Shown in pieces: positions 24,315 through 37,050 of a stretch of 64,000 bases of DNA. A model generated the notes under the pieces. It had not been told where the DNA came from, made no database searches, and saw nothing but the letters and a program-made list of their open reading frames with translations. Source of the DNA: Octopus vulgaris (lineage: Eukaryota); assembly GCA_951406725.2 (NCBI GenBank), contig OX597821.1, forward strand, positions 77,624,001 to 77,688,000. The letters are read 5' to 3'. The position numbers and the translations under genes were made by a program. Within the stretch, counting starts at the first letter, position 1. Each line of letters opens with the position of its first letter.

Positions 24315-24774
24315 GTTATAATTAAGGTAGTGGCTCACAAAATTGTTAGCATGGCAGGCAGAAATGCTTAGCAGCATTTCATCCATCTTTTTCACATTCT
24401 GAGTTCAAAGTCCACCAAGGTCAACTTTGCTTTTCATCCTTTCGGGGTCAATAAAATAAGTACTAGTTGAATGCGGGGGTTGATGTGATTGACTTACCCT
24501 CTTTTCTGAAACTGCTGGCCTTGTGGCAAAATTTGAAATCATCGTTGTTGTTGTTATGCAGCGAGCTGGCAGAGTCGTTAGCATGCATTTTGCCCATCTT
24601 TACGTTCTGAGTTCAAATTCCACCAAGGTCATCTTTGCCTTTCATCCTTTCAAGGTCGATAAATTATGTACCAGTTGAAAAGTGGGGTCGATGTAATTGA
24701 TTTATCTCCTCTCCTGAAATTTCAGGCCCTTATTCCTAAAATAGAAAGGATTATCATTATCATCATGATTATTA

Positions 24775-25296
24775 TTTACATTACTTACATTATTTACATT
24801 TGACGGATATTTGTCCTCATCTTGTTGGTTGTTAACACAACATTTCAGCTGTTATACCCTCCAGCCTTCATCAGGTGTCTTGGGGAAAGTTCAAACCTGG
24901 GTTCTCATTCCTAAGGTATTTTTCGATGTTACTATTATTATTATTATTATTATTATTCAGGTCACTGCCTGGAATCAAACTTGGAATCTTGGGGTTAGTA
25001 GTCCATACTCTTAACCACTACGTCATATGCCCGTGATGAAGGAAGGAGGGTATATCAGCCGAAATGTTCTGTTAATAACAAACAAGATGAAGACATATCA
25101 TCATCATCATTATCATTTAACGTCCGCTTTCCATGCTAGCATGGGTTGGACGGTTCAACTGGGGTCTGTGAAGCCGGAAGGCTGCTTCAGGCCCAGTCTG
25201 ATCTGGCAGTGTTTCTACGGCTGGATGCCCTTCCTACGTCAAATGTAAATAATGTACATAATTTACATAATTCCTTATCTCTTAAATATAGAACTG
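24775..25296 (-). mobile_element. tRNA-headed hammerhead element (copy 2, core inverted) with 11-bp TSD and a nested SINE fragment
   Basis: TSD CATGATTATTA at 24764-24774 and 25297-25307. Hammerhead on - at ~24834-24879; tRNA head on - from 25032; right arm from 25034, interrupted by a (GAT)n-SINE fragment ~25099-25236; tail ends AATATAGAACTG at 25296. Confidence 0.8.
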
Positions 25297-26285
25297 CATG
25301 ATTATTATTACTATTATTATTTTAATATATATGAATACAGTTTAAGGAAATAAAAGATGAATTAAAAAGATAAAAACTTAAAGCACATCATATCTACCAA
25401 ATGTATTATAAGCAGGTAAATAAGCAACACCTTCAAAATTCATTTCAATTATGTTTAAAAACATTGTGCTCATTAAATGGCAGGATAACAAGAGAATTTT
25501 TTGAAACTCCATGCAGAAAACTTATACCATGGAATTTCCGTGGGTTCTGCTGGTCCTGTAGTATTTTTACAACTAAATATTATCAAGAATTGTACAAAAG
25601 ATTGCTAAAATATTTTGTGCATTGCAGAACCATAACCAATTTATCACGAGTGGTTGGCATTAGGAAGGGCATCTAGCTGTAGAAACTCTGCCAGATCAAG
25701 ATTGAAGCCTGGTGCAGCCATCTGGTTCGCCAGCCCTCAGTCAAAATCGTCCAACTCATGCTAGCATGGAAAGCGGATGTTAAACGATGAATACGATGAT
25801 GATGATGATGAAACTTTAACAACAAAATCTTATATGGACCCCCATGCGGAATGTAGACCCAATTTGTGAACTGGTCTAAATTGAACAAGGGCTGCCATAG
25901 ACTTAACCATTCATATCCCATTGCCAAGTTTTTTTCACTGAATGTTTTTCAGTGAGGTCTTTGACACCTCACTATAAATGTTGTTGTTGGCAGTGATGGT
26001 GGTGGTGGTCATTAACACCAGATCAACCCTGGTTGAAAAAGCCATACCTACAGCTACTCCATCCATAGCCTTGCTGTTGTTTTGTACAAGTAGAACCGCA
26101 TTTATCTTTTTATATTTTACTTGTTCCAGGTGTTGGATTGTGGCCATGTTGGAGCACCACCTTGAAACAAATCGATCCTAGAACTGAGGGGCTTTTTAAA
26201 GTCTGGCACTTTTACTGAGCCACTAAGTTACAAAGACATAAACAAGCCTACACCAGTTGTAAAGCAGTGGAGTGGGGGAGACAAA

Positions 26286-26340
<55 letters not shown>

Positions 26341-26994
26341 TATATAAATATATTAATATTTAGCAGAAGTCACACTGAGTCACTCTGTTGCTTCTGCTAA
26401 ATATAATAATAATAATTGAGGCCAGTGAAATCGAAATCAAATTCGATGACTAGCATCCGTGCAAGTGGAGCGCGAAGAGCACCATCTGAGCATGACTGTT
26501 GCTAGAGCAGCTAACTGGCTTCTATGCCAGTGGCATGTAAAAGGCACCATTCAAGCGTGATCATTACCAGTGTCACCTTACTGGCACATGAAAAAACATT
26601 CGAGCGAGGTCGTTGCCAGTGCTGCTGGACTGGCTCCTGTGCAGGTGGCATGTAAAAAGCACCATTTGAGTGTGGCTGTTGCCAGTACTGCCTGACTGGC
26701 CCTCATGCCAGTGGCATGTAAAAGCACCCACTACACTCTCAGAGTGGTTGGTGTAAGGAAGGGCATCCAACTGTAGAAACTCTGCCAGATCAGATTGGAG
26801 CCTGTACAGGCATCTGGTTCACCAGTCCTCAGTCAAATCGTCCAACCCATGCTAGCATGGAAAGCAGATGTTAAATGATGATGATGATGATGAATAATAT
26901 ACATATATATATATATATATTGTTTGTAAGAAACGATAAATCCGAAAGGAGAAGCACACTCCAAATGTAGAGCAGTAGATATTAAAAAGGCAGC

Positions 26995-27175
26995 TTTATG
27001 GGATTACCTTAGGTTTCCCATTCATAAAGGGTTTAGCTTTATGGCGTACCATCATATCCCCAAAATCCTGTTGGCCCATTTTTAAGAAGTCATGGGCCAA
27101 CAGGATTTTGGGATCTGACGATACACCATAAAGCTAAACCCTTTATGGATGGGAAACCTAAGGTAATCCCATAAA
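26995..27175. repeat. ~180-bp palindrome (inverted Penelope-type pLTR) containing a hammerhead ribozyme
   Basis: Arms tttatgggattaccttaggtttccc..ttggcccat / atgggccaa..gggaaacctaaggtaatcccataaa around a ~12-nt spacer. Confidence 0.85.
27110..27170 (+). ncRNA. Type I hammerhead ribozyme with intact core
   Basis: gggat-CTGACGA(27115)-taca ccataaag ctaaacc ctttatgg atgg-GAAAC(27153)-ctaag-GTA(27163)-atccc. Stems I and III and distal stem II pair. Confidence 0.75.
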
Positions 27176-29397
27176 ATGGCCTTCCCCATTTTTAATCATC
27201 ATCATTGTCGTTGTCATCATTTAATGTCTGCTTTTCATGTTGGCATGGGTTGGACAGTTTGACTGAGGGCTGGCAAGCCAGAAGGCTGTACCAGGCTCCA
27301 ATCTGATCTGGCAATGTTTCTACAGCTGGATGCCCTTCCTAATGCCAACCACTCCAAGAGTGTAGTGGATGCTTTTTACGTCCCACCAGTACGAGGGCCA
27401 GTCAGGTGGCACTGGCATGGACCACACTTGAATGGGGCTTTTTACATGCCACTGGCATGAGAGCCAGTCAAATGGTACTGGCATCAACCACACTCAAATG
27501 TCGCTTTTTATGTGCCACCAGCACGGGACCAGTCAGCCAGTACTGGCATCGACCATGCTCAAATGGTGCATTTTATGTTCCACATGTACAGGAGCCAGTC
27601 ATGTGGCACTGGCAACAATCATGCTCAGATGGTGCTTTTTACATGCCACCAGCACGGGACCGGTTAGGTGGCACTGGTATCGACCACACACAAATGGTGC
27701 TTTTTACATGCCACTGGCATGGGTGCCAATCTGCCAGTACTGTCATCGGCCACGACAATAACTTCACTTGCCTCAACAGGTCTTCGCAAAGCCCAGTTTA
27801 TTGCCCAATGATTGAAGGTTACTCTTAAATGGGCTGGTTATGCAGCACTGGCATAGGCCACAGTTACAGTCTGACTTGGCTTGCCAAGTCTTCTCAAGAT
27901 CTCGGTTACTTGTCATCGCTTCCATGAGGCCCAGCATTCAAAGGTCACACTTTACTACCTCATCCCAATCTTCCTGGTTCTACCTCTTCCACAGGTTCCC
28001 TCTACTGCTAGGGTGTGACACTTTTTCACACGGCTGTCCTCATCCATATGCAACACATACACTCACTAGTGCTTTGAGTTCTGCTTTTTCCTGTTTACAT
28101 CACCAAACCCACACACACAAACACACACACACAATAGACTTCCACATAGTTTCCGTTTTTCCCAAATCAACATATAAGGCATTAGTTGGTCCTGGGCTAT
28201 ATTAGAAGATGCTTGCCTGAGGTGTTACCCAGTGGAACTGACCCCAAAACCATGTGATTGCAAAATGAGCTTCTTTACCACCCAATCATGGCTGTATTTA
28301 TCCATTGTTTCTTTCCCGTTTTTAAAACAATAGGCTGTCATGAAGTTAACAAATTGACAGAACCAGTGGAGCATCCAACCAAATACCTTTTACTGGCTCT
28401 TCATGCTTAGAATTCAAATCCCTCTCAGTTCACTATGACTTTCGTCCTTCAAGGGTCAATGAAATAAGGTACCACTCAGGGACAAAAGATTGGCAAAACT
28501 GCTAGAGCATTAGACACTGTTGTAGCATTTGTGTTGGTGTTTTTCATGTATTCTCTGCACCCAAATAGATAAGGGTGGTCTACTTATCGATATCTAGCAG
28601 ATAAGGTAGTGTATTCTCCAATGAAAATCCCTTAAGTTCTTAGCACTTATCAAGAGTGTCACCACATGTCATTTCACATCCTGGTGATGTAAAAAGTGTG
28701 ATTGCACAGAATTTCATTACTATCTCAAATAGGGAACAGGATTGTATAGGGAAGCAGATACAATATGTAGATATAGAAAAGACAACAAGTATGGTTCTGT
28801 TGTTAAGAAATGCATTTTGCAGCCATGTGGTCTCAGGTTCAGTCCCAGTGTGACACATAGGGCAAGTGTCATCTACCATTGCCCCGGGTCGACAGATGCC
28901 TTTTGAGAGAATTTGGTCAACTGAAACTATATTATTTATAGCTTTACATGTACTTCAAGAACTGATTCTAATATATGTATATATATTAGGCGCAAGATTC
29001 TAATATATGTATATATACAGGCACAGGAGTTGCTGTGTGGTTAGTACCTTGCTTAGCAACCACATGGTTCCAGGTTCAGTCCCACTGCGTGGCATCTGGG
29101 CAAGTGTCTTCTAGTATAGCCTCAGGCCAACCAAAGCCTTGAGTGGATTTGGTAGACGGAAACTGAAAGAATCCCATCGTATATATGTATATATGTGTGT
29201 GTATGTTTGTGTATCTGTGTTTGTCCCCACAACATTGCTTGACAACCGATGGTGGTGTGTTTATGTCCCTGTAACTTAGCGGTTCGGCAAAAGAGACTGA
29301 TAGAATAAGTACTAGGCTTACAAAGAATAAGTCCCAGGGTCTATTTGCTTGACTAAAGTCGGTATACCAGCATGGCCACAATCAAATGACTGAAACA

Positions 29398-29447
<50 letters not shown>

Positions 29448-31149
29448 GTATATATATGTATATGTATATATATATATATGTATATATATGTATATATATA
29501 TATGTATCAATGTGCATATGTGTGTATACATCCCCATAGTTTAGCCGTATCGCAAAAGAAACTGATAGACTCAGTCCCAGACATACATAATAAGTCCTGA
29601 GTTCAGTTTGTTTGACCAAACCCTTTAAGATAGTATCCAAGCATGACTATAGTTCAATAGCATTGCTAGTGGGGGAGCAAGTGCCTCCACGCCTGGCACA
29701 TTTTTCAAAATTGGTGCCTTCTCAACAATTTTTGTTAGCTCTTTAGTTCATATGTGTGATAAAAGTTGAATCTCTCTCTTTTTTTTTTATTGTTAATCAC
29801 ATGGTATTGTTAAAACTTTATGGAGTCATTATTTTATCTGACGAGGCGGCAAGCTGACAGAAATGTTAGCACGCCAAGCAAAGTGCTTAGCAGTATTTCA
29901 TCTACTGTTACATCGTGAGCTCAAATTCCGTCGAGGTCGACTTTGCTTTCATCCTTTCAGGTAAATAAATTAAGTACCAGTTACACACTGGGATCGATAT
30001 AAACGACTTAATCCGTTTGTCTGCCCTTGTTTGTCCCCTCTGTGTTTAGCCCCTTGTGAGCAATAAAGAAATAAGAAACGTTAGCATGCCGGGTGAAGTG
30101 CTTAGTGGTATTTCGTCTGTTTTTATGTTCTGAGTTTAAATTCCGCCGATGTTGACTTTGCGTTTCATCTCTTTGGGGTCTATAAATTAAGTACCAGTTG
30201 TGTACTGGGGTTGATCTAATCGACTGGCCTCCTGCCCCAAAATTCCAGGCCTTGTGCTTAGAGTAGAAAAGATTATTTTATCTGACCAACCTCCTGTGCT
30301 CTTTGAACTGTCTGCTCAATCCCATGTGATGTGTTGGTGGTCACTGACATCTGAAGAACCTAAACAAACCCCGACATCATAACTTCTTGACACTGAATGA
30401 TCCTGAGGAGATTCATCATTATCTTCATGTCATCCCTATATCAGTAAATACAACATTCATATGTAATGGCAGTGTTACTGAAACATGAAATTTATGAGTG
30501 TAGAATGCAATTACATATATTATAACTAATGAAATATTTCATGTAATATAACAGAAATGCGGTTAAAATTGATTGGTGTCACCATTTTTTTATGTGCTCC
30601 CTCCCGCTAACTTTAGAACCTGGTTATGCCTCTGCTGCAGTCCAATAGCTAAAACAAGTAAAAGAAAAAAGATAGCTGATGACTGCAAGTAGCAGGAGCA
30701 CCACATAATTCACAGATGTTTTGTTAGCTGGTAATTCCGAGTTCAGGTCATCACATGAACATATATAATGATGGAATCAGGCACACTAGAATTGTCTGTT
30801 AAACAGTTTTTTCTCTTTTGTACAAGAAAAGTGAATGAATGAAATTATATTTACAATTCTCAAATATCAAGATATGAGGAGGTGATGAATCCCTCATGGA
30901 GAGGTAAAATTTCATCTGGATTCAAATTTCAAACCCCTTACTGATGAATCTCAGAAAGATCACATGGAAAAACAATTTAAGTCCCAAGACTAAAGCAGGA
31001 ATCTATACTATAATAAAGCAGTTACTAATTAGTTTTGAATATGTAACTTTTACTAAAAGAAGGTAATTAGTAAAGTCTTCACTAACTAGAAAGCTCTAGA
31101 ACACCTGGATATCATATACAAATTACTGACACCATGTAAAAGACACTCA

Positions 31150-31565
31150 TTTTGGGCTACATAAAAGGCGACCCACGCTGGTGTCGCGTAAAAGGCGACC
31201 ACTCTAGAGTCACGTAAAAGGCGACCGCTCTAGAGTCACGTAAAAGGCAACCGCTCTAGAGTCACATAAAAGGTGACCACTCTAGGGTTGCGTAAAAGGT
31301 GACCGCTCTAGAGTCACATAAAAGGTGACCTCTCTAGAGTCACATAAAAGGCGACCGCTCTAGAGTCACGTAAAAGGTGACCGTGCTGGTGTCGCATAAA
31401 AGGTGACCATGCTGGTGTCATGTAAATGGTACCCATGCTGGTGTCACATTAAAGGTACTCATGCTAGAGTTGTGTAAAAGGCACTCACACTGGAGTCGCA
31501 TAAAATGCACCCATGCTGATGTTGCATAAAAGGCACCCATGCTGGTGTTGCATAAAAGGCACTCA
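31150..31565. repeat. Minisatellite (~24-26 bp, AAAAGGCGACCGCTCTAGAGTCACGT) continuous with a (GAT)n-SINE 3' end
   Basis: About 17 units running directly into TGGTTGATGTTAGAAAGGGCATCCAG at ~31581. Confidence 0.9.
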
Positions 31566-32039
31566 GCAAACTCTGTAAAGTGGTTGATGTTAGAAAGGGC
31601 ATCCAGTTGTAGAAACGAAGCCAATCAAAGTAGAACCTGATCCAGCTCCTGAGCTTGGAAGCTCTGGTCAAACTGTCCAAGCCATGGCAGCATGATAAAA
31701 CAGACATAAAATGATGAAGATGAGTATCAGCAAATTTAACTTTTGAATTTATGACACGAAATAGTGCAACAGTCATAAAATTCCTGCTACATCATCTCTG
31801 AGTTTTCTGTGGAAAACCAATTAATAAGTAACTTCCAACCTCTTTACCCTGACAGTAAATGGGGATAAGAGAAAAAAAATCCCACAATCATAGAAACCAC
31901 TTGAGAAAAAATTAAGCTTGTCATTGGCCACATAGGATGATTCACAGAATTATATGGGATGTATTTCAAATGAAAATTGTAAAATTTATCACCAGATTGA
32001 ATTGTACATGGACTGTGCAGACCAATGATAGAAACCACT

Positions 32040-32069
32040 ATAATAATAATAATAATAATAATGACAATG

Positions 32070-32106
<37 letters not shown>

Positions 32107-32333
32107 TAATATTGATAATAATAATAATAATAATGATAATAATAATGATAATAATAATAATAATAATGATGATAATAATAATAATAATGATAATAATAAT
32201 GATAATAATAATGATAATAATAATGATAATAATAATGATAATAATAATGATAATGATAATAATAATAATGATAATAATGATGATAATGATAATAATGATG
32301 ATGATGATGATGATGATAATAAAACTAATAATA
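32040..32333. repeat. (AAT)n/(GAT)n microsatellite
   Basis: Directly visible; source of the poly-I and poly-N ORFs. Confidence 0.97.
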
Positions 32334-32532
32334 ATCCCTTCTATTATAGGCACGAGGCCTGAAACTTTGTGGGAGGAGTAGTCAATTAGATCAACCCTAG
32401 TGTGTAACTGGTACTTATTTCATCAAACCTGAAAGGATAAACGGCAAACTCGACCTCGGCGTAATTTATATACAGAACATAGACACAGACGAAATGTCGC
32501 TAAACATTTTGCCCAGCTCATCACCTTAATAA

Positions 32533-32582
<50 letters not shown>

Positions 32583-32648
32583 GGTCCCGGGTTGATTCGG
32601 GGTTAACCACAGTAAATAAGGTACTCAATACATAGCAGAGTAAAATTA

Positions 32649-32780
32649 ATTTATTATATAGAAGGAGCTTCTACAGGACTAGAACTGTTTCATTCAAGAG
32701 AAATCTTCAGGAGCTTCCTGAAGATTTCTCTTGAATGAAACAGTTCTAGTCCTGTAGAAGCTCCTTTATATATAATAAAT
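32649..32780. repeat. Near-perfect ~130-bp palindrome with a hammerhead core on each strand
   Basis: Centre cagga-gct-tcctg (32713-15). + strand gagcttc-CTGAAGA(32718)-tttctcttgaat-GAAAC(32737)-agttcta-GTC(32749)-ctgta-gaagctc. Confidence 0.85.
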
Positions 32781-33117
32781 ATATATATATATATAATATA
32801 TATATATATATTACACACATACATATACATACATACACAAATACATACATATGCATATATTACACACATACATATGCATACATATACATACATACATATG
32901 CATATATATATATATATGTGTGTGTGTATATATATATATATAGTACAAAGTAAGATAGGGGTTATGGGTGTAACCCACGATGGGATAGCATTTATCCAAT
33001 ATACTGTTGGTACAGTACCCAGATTCTTAATACATAAATATTTTTAATTGCAATGCAATTAAGTCATTTATTGTATTAAACTGGTGATGGTAAAGAAATA
33101 TTTTTACCGTAAAATTT

Positions 33118-33311
33118 ATAATACAAATAAGAAAATGGAGAAACAAATTTAGTTTGTTCATCAACTTTCAGATATTATAATGTTGGATTATTTATTCATT
33201 TTACAAAATGAATGTTCTAATTTTGTTAAATGAATAAATAATCCAACATTAAAATATCCGAAAGTTGATGAACAAACTAAATTTGTTTCTCCATTTTCTT
33301 ATTTGTATTAT
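33118..33311. repeat. ~190-bp AT-rich palindrome
   Basis: ataatacaaataagaaaatggagaaacaaatttag..cattttacaaaat / attttgttaaatg..ctaaatttgtttctccattttcttatttgtattat. Confidence 0.9.
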
Positions 33312-34954
33312 ATATATATATATCATCATCTATATATATATATACATATATATAATCTGCCTCTTGTGTTAATCATCCTTTAACCTTTATTCTGTATATC
33401 AGAACCAGTGATACTTCCAAGTACAGTGGTAACCACTTCACAATTGCTGGAAACAGATTGGATGACCATATCCTTTGTGGAACTCTAAACCTCCTAGTAG
33501 CAGGACATACATCCAATGCTATGTGCACGTGTGCGCGCGTGTGTGTGTGTGATATATTATTTTCTTTTATTCTTCCACTTGTTTCATTCACTTGACTGTG
33601 GTCATGCTGGAGCACCACTGCCAGGGCCTATTTTTTCAGCCTAGTACTTATTTTGAACCTCTAAGTTATGGGGATGGAAACACACCAACACCAGTTGTCA
33701 AGTGGGAGAAACAGGCACAAAGACACACATATATACATATATGTATATATATACACACACACACACACTTATATATATATACATATATACGATGGGATTC
33801 TTTCAGTTTCTGTGTACCAAATCCACTGACAAGATTTTGGTTGGCCCAAGGCTATAGTAGAAAACACTTGCTCAATTCATTCAAATTTTACACATGCCTT
33901 ACTTAGGGTCCGGGGAGTGTCATCATCAAAAATAATTTTTAACTTTTTGCCTAAGGCGAGCCCACAGCAATATCATATCTTCTCCACTACGATTCCCTAA
34001 AACTTGAGAACTACACAACCAATTTCATTCAAATTTTACACATGCCTTACTTAGGGTCCATGTAGTTTCATGGGCAAAAAAAATGTTCAACTTCTTGCCT
34101 AGAGCGATATCATATCTTCTCCACTATTTCAGTATCACGTGTTGAAAGTGATACAAAAACATTTCTCTATTTTATGTCAGATACTTTCACTTTAACAATA
34201 AAAATAATAATAACAATTGAATTATATGTAGTAAGTAATAATTAAAATCAAACTAAAGTATAATATAATCGTAACATAACAAAAGTAAAAATAGCAATTG
34301 GTATAAAATTGCATCAATGACTTGAATAAGTGGTTTCACATGAATGGGAATAAATTAAAAATAAAATTAGCGTGCAGAAATGGAATAGTCCAGATGGATA
34401 ATAAAAAATTAAATTAAAGAAAAGACTATTGTCTATAAAGTATACAATGTAGAGAAAAAAGAAGATTTGAACACATGGAGGAAAGCACCTTCGAAAAGTG
34501 TCTTGGTGCGACTATGAAAGATATCTAATCAGAGGTGGTAAATTCGCCACAATAGAAGCAAGGTTCGAGTCAATGGAATGTGCAAGGGAGTACTCGACTT
34601 GAACTTGCAAAGTGGAAATATTTTATTTTTACCTTTATATCTGGGACGTAGGACGTCCCGGAAAAAAATGACACCCCCCCCAAAGTAGAGGTAGGCTGGA
34701 TTGTAGCCACACTTCTATACAAGAGGGAGGACAAGATACAATTGATCGAAATTACAAGAGACGGGCTAACAATTCCATTCTGTTATATATTTTGAGTATT
34801 GTTATCACTAGTGATATCAAGATATAGCTTTGTATTTTGTATTTTATGTGTAGGTGTATATATATATAGATGTACATGTAATATGTACACATATATATAT
34901 ATATATATACATGCACTAGCTCTATGACCCAGCAACGACGGGTCTTTAATACTA

Positions 34955-34987
<33 letters not shown>

Positions 34988-35393
34988 AAATAAAAGGTGA
35001 GCTGATAGAATCATTAGCACGCCGTGCGAAATGCTTAGCACTATTCGTCTACCACTATGTTCTGAGTTCAAATTCCGCCGAGGTCGGCTTTGGCTTTCAT
35101 CCTTTCGGGGTCAATAAATTAAGTACCAGTTATGCACTGGGGTCAATATAATCGGCTTAATCCGTTTGTCTGTTCTTGTTTGTCATCTCTGTGTTTAGCC
35201 CCTTGTGGGTAATAAAGAAATAGGTATTTCGTTTGCCGCTATGTTCTGAGTTCAAATTCCACTGAGGTCGACCTTGCCTTTTATCCTTTCAGGGTTGATT
35301 AAATAAGTACCAGTTATGCACTGGGGTCAATATAATCGGCTTAATCCCTTTGTCTGTCCTCTCTGTGTTTACCCCCCTGTGGGCAATAAAGAA

Positions 35394-35434
<41 letters not shown>

Positions 35435-36829
35435 TGTCCAGTCCAATAAGTTAATTATGTGTTAGTAAAAAATATATATCACATATAGAATACTGTAAGG
35501 CAATAAGTGAATGTAGCAGGTGAATACAGTATGACACTCAGAGTGTTTTATGAGCAGGAAGTGCAGTCAAGTATGCAGTTGGATGATGCAATAGACAGCA
35601 AACAATTAAGGTGTTATGTGATAGCAAGGGCACATTGAGTGAATGGTAGCCAAGTCATGTGTATGACAGCTGGGGAATATTCATCATCATCATCGTTTAA
35701 CTTCCGCTTTCCATGCTAGCATGGATTGGACGATTTTGACTGAGGGCTGCACCAGGCTCCAATCTTGATCTGGCAGAGTTTCTACAGCTGGATGCCCTTC
35801 CTAACACCAACCACTCCGAGAGTGTAGTGGGTGCTTTATACATGCCACCGGCATGGGGGCCAGTCAGGTGGTACTGGCAGTGACCTTGCTCGAGTCTTTT
35901 TACACATGCCACCGGCACAGGTGCCAGTAAGGCGATGTTTGTAACGAATAGTGCCCTTTTACGTGCCACTGGCACGGAAGCCAGTTGGCTGCTCTGGCAA
36001 CGATCACACTCGGATGGTACTCTTGGCACCCTACTAGCACAGGCACAAGTGCCACTAAGGCAACACTGGTAACGATCACATTCTAATGATGCCCTTTTAT
36101 GTGCCACTGGCACAGAAGCCGGTTAGCCGCTCTGTCAGTGATCACATTATAGGGGATAATGGGAGACAGGTTACATTTCATACCTAAAGTTTTATGAATA
36201 TTTCTCCTTTAATTTATCTTAAAATATGGCTGTGAAGTTAGGGATGTGATTCTTGTGGCCTCATACTAATTGGGTCAAACCTTGCTAAAGGCAACTCACT
36301 ATAAGCCAGAGCATATCTTCTGAGGACCAGAACATGTCTATCTTTGTGTTTCTCTCCGACTTCCACTTAACAACTGGCGTTAGTTTGCATCTCCATAACA
36401 TAGCAGTTCAGCATAAGAGACTGATAGAATAAGTATCAAGCTTAGACAAACAAGTATTGGGGTCAATTTATTGAACAAAAATCCTTCAAAGCAATACACC
36501 AGCATGGCCATATTTGAATGAAATGAAGAATATGCAGAAATGTTTTCATAGCACTTTTTATTATTTACTTTGTTTTATAGCATTATTTTCTAACAGAATA
36601 GCCAAAGAATTTAGTTTGTATTATTTAGAAGACCCTAAACACGTGATGTGGCACCTCCTAGTAAATGCGTTCTACATCTGCATTCTCAAACTGACAAAGA
36701 ATAATAATCTGCTTCTGCTCAAAATAATGGAGAAATTCCACATCAACCTTCTTTTATAATAAGAAAACAAAACAGAGCTAACAACCATATAATTCTTTCT
36801 TTGCTATTGTGTTGGACAAGTTTAAAACC

Positions 36830-37050
36830 ATTTCAATTTGTCTGCCCAACAGCCCTGCCCTAGCACTTGAACTAGCCAAGGAGGTGCAGCCATTTCTATA
36901 AGAAACCCTGCCCTTAACAGCTGCTTGAATGATTCGTATCTTCAGCCAGCACCATCTTTTCTCCTCAGAGTTGCAACCTCTGGAACTCTCACTTCAACAG
37001 CAATCTACACAGATTTGAGTTGAACCTCAGCCATGTTGATCTCAACAGTC
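36830..37050 (+). mobile_element. Decayed CR1/L2-type LINE 3' end
   Basis: ttt ctc ctc aga gtt gca acc tct gga act ctc reads, across frameshifts, like the FFPRxxxLWNSL terminal motif. Confidence 0.35.

Noticed and set aside
31844-32381. Poly-I / poly-N / poly-IM ORFs
   Set aside because: Translations of an (AAT)n microsatellite.
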